A stretch of DNA of 63,293 nt, filler included, from Conidiobolus incongruus B7586 (lineage: Eukaryota), in assembly GCA_000697335.1 (NCBI GenBank). It is 9 parts of 9 records of this genome, joined end to end, with 100 filler letters (N's around TTAATTAATTAA, not from the genome) between each part and the next. Parts side by side here need not be neighbours in the genome. Positions count along the whole stretch, not along the records: positions 35,677 to 47,053 come from JNEM01006354.1; positions 47,154 to 49,193 come from JNEM01006358.1; positions 49,294 to 51,142 come from JNEM01006359.1; positions 51,243 to 59,855 come from JNEM01006367.1; 5 more parts are not named here. One strand, 5' to 3'. The position numbers were made by a program, and so were the translations under genes. The notes beneath the pieces are model-generated. The model was not told the DNA's origin. It saw nothing but the letters and a program-made list of their open reading frames with translations, and searched no databases. The first letter of the stretch is position 1. Each line of letters starts with the position of its first letter. This document shows, in pieces, positions 38,988-52,002 of the stretch.

Positions 38988-40002
38988 ATGACTTTATTAA
39001 ACATCTTTCAAAAAACTAAACCCTTTTCTTCAAAATCCGCTTTCGTTTCCAACACCGCTGTGGCTTACAGTTCCTTAAGAAAGTTTACCTCTACTGGTGC
39101 CACCCTTAAAATGGCTCGCACTGTCGAAGGTAACTCTGTTAGACTCTTATTAATTGGTGCTCCAGTAAGTCTAAATTATTTATTTTACTTAATATTATCT
39201 AATTCAAATTAGGGATCTGGTAAAGGAACTCAATGTGCACGTATTGAAAGAGATTTCGGAGTTGCTGCAGTATCCTCTGGAGATATTTTAAGACGCCACA
39301 TTAGAGAAGGAACTCAGATTGGAAAAGAAGCTGAAAAAATAATCAAATCTGGAGGTAATAAAAAAATTTATTTTTATTTTTAACTCTTTTTATTAATTAT
39401 CTTTTAGAACTTATTCCCAACCAGATAATTTTGGAATTATTATTGAAAGAATTAGGTAACATCGAACAAAAGGTAATTTATTTTATTATTATGAGATTTG
39501 TCATTCTTTAACATAAACAATAGCACTGGCTGCTGGACGGCTTCCCACGTAATGTAGAACAGGCTCAAAGTTTGCAAAGCCATTTCGAACCTCTTAATCA
39601 GCAACTTAATCTCGTTATTAACCTTGACGTACCTGAAGATGTTATTTTGGGTAGAATTTTAGGTAAATTGATATATTTTTGAAAAGCAATAAATTCTAAT
39701 CTAATTAAATTAATCTAGATCGCTGGGTTCATATTCCATCTGGTCGTGTATACAATTTGAGCTACAATCCACCCAAAGTCCCAGGAAAAGATGACATCAC
39801 AGGCGAACCCCTATCTAAGAGAGATGATGATAAACCTGAAGTATTCAAAACACGTCTCGACTACCATAAACGCTTGACTGAACCCTTGCTAGAATTCTAT
39901 GATAAGCAAGGTGTTTTAGTAACTGTTAAAGGGGAAACTAGTGATATTATTTACCCTCAAATTCAAAACATTCTTGCTGAGAGTATGTACTCTCCACGCT
40001 GA
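38988..40002 (+). CDS. ADK2: Mitochondrial GTP:AMP phosphotransferase / adenylate kinase (AK3/Adk2 type); exons 38988-39164, 39213-39354, 39408-39472, 39524-39662, 39719-40002; 268 aa
   Basis: Basic Ser-rich presequence, GAPGSGKGTQ P-loop, SSGDILR, WLLDGFPR, RWVHIPSGRVYNLSYNPPK, DDITGEPLSKRDDD; spliced length 807 nt, in frame. Confidence 0.93.
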
Positions 40003-40399
40003 TGAAGCTATACATTTTAGATGGAATTTGACTTTAACATATTGAACCAGTATTCTAATTTGTCAAGTCTATCAAACCATTATTATTTTATCTGAAGTCT
40101 CTTTCTCACTGTCCAATTTGGTGATGATTTCAATTCATTTTAATCAATCGGATGTGACTTGATGTTGTATGATAATCTATTAACTATCATTTAAACTAAG
40201 TTATCACTTACAAAGTTTTTATCTTTCCCCGATTCTTCCAATTAAAAATAACTAAGAAATTACGGTATTAAATAAATTGCTAACATTTATAAACTTTATC
40301 ATTCCAAATTATTTTATTATTTTATATATTATATTATATCTATTCATTTTTAATAAATTTTATTTAAAAATATCTTTTTTATTTAATAATTTAAGATAT

Positions 40400-40940
40400 T
40401 ATAAAATAGTGAAAAGATGGTTGATTTTAGAATAATAAATCATACTTATGTGTCAGTGAAAATATATCTATTATTATAATCATTGCCAAGAAATATGAAT
40501 TTAACATTGTGATTATTTTATAAATATAGCTTATATTATTTTTATAATGGATATAAAATAATTAAAATAAATAATATATTATTATTTGTCATATATATAT
40601 ATATTATTAACTATTATTTAAAATTGAATTAATTATTTATTCAAATTTCAAATTTTATTTAGAAGTTAATTTATTTAATTAATAATTTATAATTATATAA
40701 TGAAAAGATAGTCGATTTTAAGATAAATCATACTATATGTTAGTTAAAATATATCCATAATAATAAATATTGTAATTATTTTATAATTACAGTTTATATT
40801 ATTCCTATAATGGATATAATATATTTAAAATAAAAAAGAATTTATCATTTATGAAATATATATATATATATATATATATAGTATTAAATATTATTAAAAA
40901 TTGAATTAATTATTTATTTAAATATAAATTTTAATTTTAT
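40400..40940 (+). repeat. Imperfect tandem duplication (about 290 and 250 bp units)
   Basis: TGAAAAGAT..TxGATTTTA...ATAAATCATACT...TATAATGGATATAA...(AT)n...AAAATTGAATTAATTATTTATT occurs at about 40410-40640 and again at about 40700-40920. Confidence 0.7.
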
Positions 40941-40993
40941 AACAATTATTATTAGTATTATGTATTGTAATGATTTTAAAATATTAAATTATA

Positions 40994-42280
40994 CTAATTA
41001 TTTTTAGGTAATTTATGGTCTTTCCAAGGTAGAAGGGTGGAATCTTCCTTCATGAATACCTCTTCATAAAGTTTGCGTTTTAAAGGATCACCAGGGTTGA
41101 CCTTTCTGATGAAGAGAGCGGGTTCATCTTCATTAACAAACTTATCCCAGTCATCAACGCCAAGAGAGCATGGGCCTTTGCCAATGTGAGAATTCTTATA
41201 CGTTGTACAGTTGAACCATTCAGTTCTGACAAAAATGGGCTGAACTTCCTCTTCTGTATATTGTTCAGGGTTAGGTTGCGGCCATCCAGTTAAATTCCAA
41301 GTATATGCGAAGGGCGAGTCCATCAGTAGGGTTGGGAAGAAGAATTCATCAGGTGCAAAGGTCTCTTTGTGGAATTCCAACCAAGCGCTGATTTTAGTGG
41401 TATATGTCTCCTTTTGAAACATCCAAGAAGTAAAGTCCTTACTGAGAATAAACCATTGAGGACCTTTATATACAACGGCATTTCCGGGAGTGTTAGTCAT
41501 TTGTGTACATTCTTCGTCCATACAGCGACCAAGTGTTTTACCACAAGTCATAATTGGAGGACTAAAGCGGTTAAGAGGATCATAATCGCAAGACCTCCAG
41601 AGGCCCTTTCTGCTGAAAACAAGGTTGGCTTGTGGGTGGAATTTAGACATGCGATCCTCAATAACTTTCATAGAATGAATAGGATATGTGTTACCGCAAA
41701 TGAGAATAGCGTGTTGCCATCTCTTATCTTCATCGGTTTGCTGATTGAGAGAGGCAGCGAGGTGAAGCAAGTGCATTTCAGCATTTACTAAACTAATATC
41801 TCCCCAAATACCCTTGGTGCGGTTAGTAGCTACGACAACATTAGGATGATATCTGAAAGATTGCATAAGATTTTTCATTAAAGAATCGGGAGCCTTTTTG
41901 TCCAAATGAATGAAATAATAATGGTGAGGTAAATATGCAACATCTAAAAATTCGTACAAACCTTCAACGCTAGCTTCATCGTGAACCAAAGCTAAGAAAG
42001 CGAGTCTTGCAGTTGGCTTAGGAACTAAATTAAATTGAGGACCGCTCATTCTTTGGATTTGGTCTTGGACTATTTGACTCAAATCTGGGACGTCTATCTT
42101 TACAGAATTAATCTTAGTAGTTGCAGTCACTTGGTTCATAGATACAGTTTGAATAAGTAGAATACTCGATAGACCAATGGCAAATAATATAAGAAGAATT
42201 AAAGTGATGTATAATTGGGAATGCAATGGATATAATGCATTGAGCTTGCGATGTACTGCTCGAAAATATCTTAATATCAT
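40994..42280 (-). CDS. GT14 (Core-2/I-branching beta-1,6-GlcNAc transferase / xylosyltransferase family) type II membrane glycosyltransferase, intronless, 428 aa
   Basis: N-terminal TM helix, LAFLALVH, FIHLDKKA, WGDISLVNAE, YKGPQWFILS, APDEFFFPTLL, LFIRKV. Confidence 0.88.
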   Translation of the reverse strand: MILRYFRAVHRKLNALYPLHSQLYITLILLILFAIGLSSILLIQTVSMNQVTATTKINSVKIDVPDLSQIVQDQIQRMSGPQFNLVPKPTARLAFLALVHDEASVEGLYEFLDVAYLPHHYYFIHLDKKAPDSLMKNLMQSFRYHPNVVVATNRTKGIWGDISLVNAEMHLLHLAASLNQQTDEDKRWQHAILICGNTYPIHSMKVIEDRMSKFHPQANLVFSRKGLWRSCDYDPLNRFSPPIMTCGKTLGRCMDEECTQMTNTPGNAVVYKGPQWFILSKDFTSWMFQKETYTTKISAWLEFHKETFAPDEFFFPTLLMDSPFAYTWNLTGWPQPNPEQYTEEEVQPIFVRTEWFNCTTYKNSHIGKGPCSLGVDDWDKFVNEDEPALFIRKVNPGDPLKRKLYEEVFMKEDSTLLPWKDHKLPKNN

Positions 42281-45200
42281 TTTGAATATAATATAAAATT
42301 TAGAATTGAATAATATAAATAATCAAATAAATACCCGAAATAAATAGAAAGAATATATGTATGAACAAATAAAATAAGATCTATATACAAAGTATCGAGA
42401 TTGATGAATAATATTAAACTATGAGGTTATACAAATAAAAATGTTAAGTTGTTTAATAATTCCAATCTATTTACTCTCAAGATAAAGATCAGAATTATTT
42501 ATATTTAAAACAACAATTGATTATCCTTTTAAGTTCTTATTATATTACCTTATTATAGCTCAAAATGAGAAAAAATTAATAAATTTTACAATCCTTAAAT
42601 TGGTTTTAATTAGCATGTTTGGTTGGGTAGGAAATTTATTCAATGAACCAATGTAATTTCACAGTCAGCCAATCTGTGCAATTGTGGTTAATCAATTATT
42701 AAAATTCAAGCATCCTCCCATCACTGATCTTATGGATAGAGTTTGTTCTTGGATTTTTGATTGATTGCTTAATTCAAATATCATTAGAAATCAAAATTAA
42801 GTCAATTAAATGGAAAATAACTCTTCCTATATTCATAGTTTTTCTAATAGCACTTGGTACTGTGTAGAACCCCTCTTGGTGATACACTTGGCATGTTTAA
42901 TAATTGCCTAATATATTAGCTATTGTAATAGAAGATAAATAATTTTAAATAATTAATAAAATCAAATTTTAATTTATAATATTTAAAAAAGGTTAAAATT
43001 ATTCTAATTTGGAAATTTTTAAGGAAATTTTAATTTATTAAATATTCTAGAAAATTTTTAATTTATTTTAATCAATTTATAAGTCATATTTAATCATAAT
43101 TGAGATTTTATGATATAATGTAATTGGGGATATACATTAATATCAAAACATTGATAATAAAATCTTTTGATATAAAAATGTTTTTGTAAAAAATCTGAGA
43201 TATATCTAATAGAACAGATTAATGAATTAATTTATTTTAGGCTGAACCTATTATTATAGTTTAACAAGTTAAGTTAAATACTTAAATTTCATCAGTCTGG
43301 CTAATTATATTTGCAGTGATTTATAAATTTGATTAAATTTTTAATAAGAATTATAGAAAATGTCAATTAAACTTTTCAAATCGTGAAGAGTCAATTACAG
43401 AATAATGATATAATTTTGTGAATAAAATGGTGGATATTAGTTTGAATTTTTGGTTGTTATAATCCATTCAAATTAATCTTGTTATTTTAATTAATCTAGT
43501 CAAATTTCTTTTTTAATCAATTTTGAATATTTAAAAGTAATCCAAAAATATTATATAAAAATTAATTGCGTTTCTATTATTTACAAATATTCAAGTAAAA
43601 ATATTAATTTTACTTGGCAAAGTTTTTATAGTTTTAACTTGGTAAACCTTTTTCTCAAATTCGGATAATTTTTTTCAAATTTAAAACGAAAAATTTTTTT
43701 TAAAATGAAGAATTAATTGAAAAAAATCTTTTTAGGAAAAAAAATAAAATGGAGTTTCAAAAATTTTAACAATTTGATTAAATATTAATCTATTGGATCA
43801 TTATGAAATCATTAGTTAGATTAGTTCATAAAAGCTTATATCATAAATTTTCCATACTTTTTCGTAATCATGACAAATTTTCAACGTAAAGTGAAGGTAT
43901 TGATGATTTTAAACTGAAATTTTAAGGATTGTTAAAATAAAAAAGACGCATAGTATTACAAAGTTTATTGTCCTAAATCTAAAATATAATGTGAAATGTG
44001 TTACTCTTTTGTCTATTATTCATTGGTCAGAAAGTTCAAATTTCGACTAATATATTTTAGTAGTACTGATAATTGGATTAATGTTGCATTTAGCTTATTT
44101 AGATATTATTATAAATAGCTTTTTTCATATATGGGATTTCAATTTTGACGAAATTTATATTAAATATAATATCTAGATGATGAAATTGATAGCAACCAAG
44201 TCTCATGTTATCCAATACTTCAAAATTCAATATTACATTCACGTTATAATTACTCCAGTAAAGTTGTTTAGTCTAATTATCATAATATTCAAACTTTTAA
44301 ACCCTCAGTCTGTTATTAATGATCCGAAAGCAAATTAAAAATTAAATTGAAATGGAGCAAATTAAGTGAATTGAATACATGTTATATTAATGGATATTTA
44401 TAATGAATTGTCATTTCATTTAGTACTATTTTGTTTTTGAATTTTTTAAAATGTTAAACTAGTCAAGTTTGTTTTTTTGGAAATTAATTGAATATTTAAT
44501 AATTCGGAATAATAATCATGTGTAGAATAGAGGATTTTTACGGTATTGGAAGTCTGTTTCATGCATTATGGCTCAATTTTGAATTTGGAGATCTAGAATG
44601 ATAGAAATTGTAGTTACATTATTGTGATTAATATTTCAGTAATTGTATTATATTAAGTCTTTTACTACTTATCAAACAGGATCAATTGTTTAAATGATGA
44701 TTGAGCGTATTATAAAATATAACCAAATTCCACATTACATAATAAAAATTTATATACGACATATGGTTTGACATTAATATTTTAAATGAAATTTACTTTG
44801 AATATAAAATAAAAGCAATTCTTTCTTTTTTTTAAATAATTATTATAAAATTTGGGTTTTTAGAATAGTCATAAAAGATTAAAGTTTCATATCTTTAATA
44901 TAATTTAATTATCAGATCATTAATATATTGAAATTAGCAATACATTTTTAGACCAGATTTAATACTAAAATCAATCAATCAATCTATATATATTATTTCC
45001 ATAAATCTAGATGATTGATTTTAAATTGATTAATATAACTTCATCTCCATTTATTATTGATCATAACAATTTCAAATGTACTTTGTGATTTATATGTAAT
45101 TTTTAAGATTTGTTTAACTATTTAATTAATATACTTTGGTAATAATAAACAATTAGTTATCTGGAATTGATTGATAAGCAATGGTAACCAGAATAGATTT

Positions 45201-45619
45201 GGATTTGATTAAATATAATTTTTATAAAAATTTAAATTAATTGAATATACTATAGTTATCATTAACTAAAAGTATTAATGGTAATATTAAGAATAATATA
45301 ATATCTAATAAATTTAAAAAAAATGTTTAATCTAGTTCAAAAATTATATAATCTATTTAATAATCATATTAATATAGAAATTTAATAATTTTATATATTT
45401 AAAATTAAATCAAATAAAAATATTAATATTTATAAAATTTATTATTCTATATAAATATAATACTTTATTTTTAATAGCTTTTTACTATACTTTTGATAAA
45501 TTTTTAATATCTAAAATATAAATTTTTTTATAAAATATTAATATTTAATATTTTATTATTTAATTTATTTTTAAGTGTTTTATTCCTTTAAGCATATTTT
45601 TTTAAATATTTAAATAATT

Positions 45620-47053
45620 ATAATTAAGGTATATTATTTAATAATAGATAAATATATTTAGATATATTTAGTAAACTATTAGCAAAAATATTAACCTTTA
45701 ATATTTAACCAAGGTAAGTTATAAATTTATGGGTTTTTAAGATAAGGGGATATATTTAACAATATATAACCATATCTTTTTTCTCACTTTGTTATTATTT
45801 TATATAATATTTTACAGATATACTAAATTTTTTTTATTAGTATTATTATACCTAAATCCCTCTCTAAAAAAATCTACTTGTGTATTAATCAACTTTATAA
45901 AGAAGGTAAATCAACTTGTGATATTGCTAGAATTACTAGTGTTAGCTAGTTTACTATAGTTAAAGCTGTTAAAAATAGCAATAAAGAAACATTTAAACTT
46001 AAACTTAAATGTGCTAGGATTATAGATGAACATGATAAGAAGTATATCTATAGGTTAGTTAATACAAGCAAATATAGTACTGTTGTAGAAATATAGCAGG
46101 AACTACAAGACTATATAGGAATATTAATTAACACTGATACTATTATATGTATTTTACATTAGCATAGATACTACTTACACCTCAAGAAAAAACACCCCCA
46201 ACTAAAGAAATCCCACTATAAAGCTAGGTGGGAGTTTGAATGTTGCTACTAATGTTGAATTGAAACTAATTAGAGTAAGGTTATTTAGTTTAATGAAACA
46301 AAAATATACCTTAGTAGATCTGATAAAAAAGCTAGATGCTTCAAAAAAGATGTAAAACTACTTTGTAACCATCATGTTAATTTTACCCAAAAGTATAATG
46401 GTGGGTTAATTATTGTTTGGGGATGTATGTTGTCTTTAGGTGTAGGGTATCTTTGTAAAGTTAATGTGGGAATTAATGCTGAAATGTACTAAAGTATTCT
46501 AAACAATAAATTGAAAAAAACCATTGAATAATATAGGTTAAACAAATCTGATGTTATTTTCTAGTAAGATAATGCCTTTTGCTATACTATAGCTTCTACT
46601 ACCAAATAACTTAAAAATAACAAGATAACAGTTATGAAGTAGCTTCTTTAATTTCTTAACTTTAATCTAATTAAACACCTTTAGGATTAGTTAAAAAAAG
46701 CTATTAAAGCTTTCCCCCCAGTAAAAAATTTAAATCAACTTTAGGAATATGTTTAAGAAGCATAAAACAAGATTAACCCTTTTTAGTGTAAGAAGTTAAT
46801 TGATTCTATACCCTACAAACTAAAAGAAGTTAGAAAAGTTAAAGGTGGATACACTAAGTTTTAATTTTTTTTTATCACCAAAAACCTGCAAATTTATGAC
46901 TCACCTTAGGTAAAATTTAAAGGTTTATATTTTAACCAATTAATAACTAAATATCATCATTTAATGATATATATAACTAATAAATATAATAGATTTTAAT
47001 TATTTAATTTAGGTTTATTTCATTAAATATTAATTAAGTTATTAGTAAAAATA
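45620..47053 (+). mobile_element. Tc1-family (DD34E) transposon T1, hypermutated; transposase pseudogene 45848-46864
   Basis: Reconstructs to ...WSKVIW.DETK...GGG.IIVWGCM...FQQDNAPCH...WPPQSPDLNPIEHLW...KGGYT.F* once TAG/TAA are read as TGG/CAR. Long imperfect TIRs. Confidence 0.9.
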
Positions 47054-49293
47054 NNNNNNNNNNNNNNNNNNNNNNNNNNNNNNNNNNNNNNNNNNNNTTA
47101 ATTAATTAANNNNNNNNNNNNNNNNNNNNNNNNNNNNNNNNNNNNNNNNNNNNTTATATTTATTTATTAGGATTGTTTTTATTATATATATCTTATATAT
47201 AACTAAAATAGTTCTAATTACATTATTTAGACATTAGTACCTATATTAAATATAATAACTAATTAGTAATTTTTTAAATATTTTTGATAAATATTATTCT
47301 ATCTATTTTATTAATACTATATATAATTTACTTTATTAATTTATAAAAAGGATAATAATCCAAAATAACTTATTATCAAAATGAAATAAAAAAGTATAAA
47401 TAATTAATTTAAATGAAAATTAACTTTTAATTATATTTAATTTTTTAATTTATTTTATATATCGTCTTAAATTTATAAATAAAATAGTTATTTATTAAAA
47501 TCAATAAAGGCTGTTGATTAAATTTAAATTAATTTTTTATTTGATTAATAGATATTGGATAATATAAAACATTATAAGTATTATCAATTTTAATTTTTCA
47601 ATCAAAAAACTCTGGCTTCTAGTTATAACCTAATAAATTTTATTTGATAATAATTGTTTTAGTTTATTATAAGTTATTTTTTCAATATCAACTATCTATT
47701 AAATATTTTTACCTATCCAATAAAATTTAAACTTTATATATTATATATTTTTATAATTAATATTAAGTCTCTTTAATTGTTTTTTAATTGAAATAAAAAT
47801 AATAATTAAATTATTTTTTTATATTTTGATAAATTTGTAATATCTTTTTTAGCTTTTAAATCAAAAACTTAATAATTAATAATATATTTAAATATAAAAT
47901 TTAATATAAGTATTTAATTATTTATAAGTATTTTTTAATAATTCAAAAGTAAACTTTTATAATATTAAAATTTAAAGTTTACTGAAAATGATATATAATT
48001 AATATATAATTAAATAATTTTAAACATCAATATCTTATTATTCAAAAGATAAAGTTATTTTATTTTTATATGTATATTATTTAAAAATATTTTCTTTATA
48101 TATACTTTCAATATAATTTTTTTTAAAAAATTCTTTTATTTAAAGATTAAAAATTAAAAAATATAATATTATTTATTTTAAGTCATTAATTATTAATATA
48201 TTAATATAACAAATCGAGATAAATATAATAAATACAATATAACCTAATTATATTATATTAAATTTTTTAATATAAGAAATATAAATAAAATTAAAAATTT
48301 TATTATACATATATTATATCATATTTAAAAGTAAATCATTTTATATAAAAATTTTATTAAATATATTAAAAATGATTTTTAATCAAGTTAGAATTTTATT
48401 ATATAATTAAAAAATCAATATTTTGACATGTTTGATGTTATAAATAAATTTTGATTTAAGATATAATTATAAATAAATTATTAGAACTATATATATATGA
48501 TTTATTTGTTAAGAAATTTATTTTATCAAATATTATTTTTTATTATACTTCAAATGAAATATAACATGATTTATATATTTTTTTTATAAAATAATAAGAA
48601 AAAGAATAATAAAAATTTTTAAAAAATATTAAAAATTTATTAAAAACTTTAAAATAATAATTTAATCAAAGGATATATTTAATTTTTAATATAATTTAAA
48701 AAGTAAAGAAGATTTATTTAAAAAATATTCAAATATAATAAGATAATTTTAATTATTATATTTATATTAATTAATTGATTGAAAAAATTTTAAATATAAT
48801 TTTGATATTTTAATTACAAAAGTATTTATAGTTTGATTAATAAAAATACTAATATATTTAATATTGTTAAGAGACTAGTTCTCTAAATTCTTATATACAC
48901 TTTCACATAATCCAATTAACTATAAATTATATGATTAATTTATACTTATATAGTTAAATTAATTGTATAAATAGTATTAAATTATCTAATAAACTAGGTT
49001 CCTCTTTTTTCCTCTCAATTCTTACTATTTTTACCTTTACACTATTTCTAAGATTGAGACTATATTCTGTCGATATTGTAGGATATTGGCACTACCTAAT
49101 ATAAATCTTAATATATCAGTGACTCATCCTAGTTCGAAGCTTAATTAAACTTTGTTTACACTTGCACGCTACAGCCACATTATATTACCACTTNNNNNNN
49201 NNNNNNNNNNNNNNNNNNNNNNNNNNNNNNNNNNNNNTTAATTAATTAANNNNNNNNNNNNNNNNNNNNNNNNNNNNNNNNNNNNNNNNNNNN

Positions 49294-50555
49294 ACTTCTT
49301 ATATTAAAAAGGGTTAATCTTGTTTTATATTTCTTAAATATATTCCTAAAGTTAATTTAAATCTTTTACTAGGGAAAAACTTTAATAGCTTTTTTTAACT
49401 AATCCTAAAGATATTTAACTAGGTCAAGGTTAAGAAATTGAAAAAGCTACTTTATAACTGTTATCTTATTATTTTTAAGCTCTTTGGTGGTAAAAGCTAT
49501 AATATAGCAAAAGGTATTATCTTATTAGAAAATAACATTAGATTTATTTAACCTATATTATTCAAAAGTTTATTTATTTTATTGTTTAGAATACTTTAAT
49601 ATATCTCAGCATTAATTCCTGCATTAATTTTACAAAGATATCTTACACCTAAAGACAATATATATCCCTAAATAATCTTTAACCCATCAATATACTTTTG
49701 GGTAAAATTAATATAATGATTATTAATTAATTTTATATTTTTTTTGAAATATCTAGCTTTTTTATTAAATTTACTAAGCTATATTTTTGTTTCATTAGAT
49801 TAAATAACTTTACTCTAATTAGTTCTAATTTAATATTAATAGTAATATTTAAACTCCCATCTAGCTTTATAGTGGGATTACTTTAATTAGGGGTGTTTGT
49901 TCTTGTGGTGTAAGTAATATCTATGTTAATTTAAAGCATATATAATAGTATCAGTGTTAACTAATATTCTTGTATAGTCTTATAATTCTTATTTTATTTC
50001 TACAGCAATACTATACTTATTTATATTAACTAACCTATAGATATACTTCTCATCATTTTTATCTATTATCTTAAAATATTTAAGTTTAAGCTTAAATGTG
50101 TTTTTATTACTATTTTTAACAGTCTTAACTATAGTAGACTAGCTAACACTAGTAATTCAAGTAATAATATAAGTTGATTTACTTTTTTTATAAAGTCAAT
50201 TAATATATAAGTGGATTTTTTTATTGATAAATTTAAGCATAATAATACTAATAAAAAGAATTTGAAATATGAATAAAATACTATATAAAATAATAACAAA
50301 GAGAGAAAAAAAAATGGTTATATATTGTTAAATATATTTTTTTATCTCAAAAACTCATAAATTTATAGCTCACTTTAGTTAAATATTAAAGGTTAATATT
50401 TTTGCTAATTGTTTACTAAATATATCTATATATATTAAATTATAATCCAATAATATAATTTAATTTTATATTATAGTTTCAAGTAATCTAATATATACTA
50501 TTGTTTTAGTTATTAATTAAAATATGTATATTTTTGATTTTATGACTCACTGTTG
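49294..50555 (-). mobile_element. Tc1-family transposon T2, hypermutated, 3' end lost in gap
   Basis: Reverse complement is colinear with T1 and T3. Retains the start ATG (50240-50238). Terminus TA|CAACAGTGAGTCATAAAAT. Confidence 0.88.
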
Positions 50556-51242
50556 TAAGTTAATATATATTCAAAAATATTTACTCTTATATATTTTTTA
50601 AATCTTTTTCTATTCAAAACTACTAATATATTTTCAAAATCAGAAATTAAAGAATTTAACTAATTTTATTTCCCAAATTAAAATTATATATAAATTATTC
50701 CTAATAAGACAATTATTAATATATTGAATAATTGACAATTGAATATATTTTTTAAAATGAATTTTTGATATTGATAAACTATATTTTTATAAAGTCAATA
50801 TAGAATTATGATATTTTTTTTCAAAAACAGTTATATAATTATATTCATTAAATAAAAAATAATAACTTATTATATACACCAATATATAAGTTATTAACAA
50901 AAGAAAATCCTATCGCATTTCTATGTTCTATCTAAAGGTTTAATAAATCAAAGATAAATATATATTCAATTAAATGAATTAAAGATAATAATAATATATC
51001 ATCCAAAAACTCAGGAAAACTGACAAAAAGAATTTAATTAAACTGATATATTTTCAGAGGTTAGAAAAATCTATTAATAATAAGAGGGGAATATTTGATT
51101 AGCTGGCTAGTCACTAAAATTACAAGTATTTGACTATAGGGGNNNNNNNNNNNNNNNNNNNNNNNNNNNNNNNNNNNNNNNNNNNNTTAATTAATTAANN
51201 NNNNNNNNNNNNNNNNNNNNNNNNNNNNNNNNNNNNNNNNNN

Positions 51243-51420
51243 ACCAATTTAAAAAATAAATTTTTTAATCAAAAAAATTATTATATATATATATATATAT
51301 ATAATTCAAAACTATTTATTTTCTTATTTGTTTTGTATATATTTTTTTATTTGAAACTAATAATATGTTTGAAAAATTAAAAATTAAAAAATTTCCCATT
51401 ACTTTAAATTTAAGGTAATA
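51243..51420 (-). mobile_element. Mariner left end and TIR (rest in gap)
   Basis: Reverse complement matches 7017-7200 and 60370-60525, including the ATGGGAAATTTTT TIR core. Confidence 0.75.
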
Positions 51421-52002
51421 TTATTATTATTACTAATCTTTAACAATATTTATCTACTAACATAGTTATTATATTATCAATAATAAATTTGGGTTTAATT
51501 AATAGTACAATTGTAAATGTTGACCAAATTTCAAGGCTGTTATTCTTAAATAATTATTTATATTTCAAAAATCAAAAACAGTGAAATATAAATATTATTA
51601 TAAAAATCATTTTAATTATTTTTTTATTTATGAATTGAATTAAATTGAATTGAAAAGGAAAATTAAATACTAATAATATTATACTGTACTGGTAATCATC
51701 TAAAAGTTTACCAAAATTATATTAAGGTGTTAGTTCAAGGTGGTTAAGTTTGAATCGTTGAAGTTGGTTTCCAGGACTAAACTCAGCGGTATGTTTGGAT
51801 AAGCATTTAGTTGGGAACAATTTTGAAATGGGAGATGGAATGGTTGCATTTAAAAACATATGTCGGAGGAATGAATGGGTGGGCAAAAAATGGATGAGCG
51901 GAGGGAGGATGTAACATTATAAACAATCGAATAAAGTTTGAATTAAACGAGTGTACCACATTCAAATCATCAAAAAATCAATGTTGAAACTATTATCTTC
52001 AA

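Noticed and set aside
48860..49193. Possible further LTR fragments beside gaps (also 50890-51142)
   Set aside because: No second copy, TSD or paired termini visible in this window
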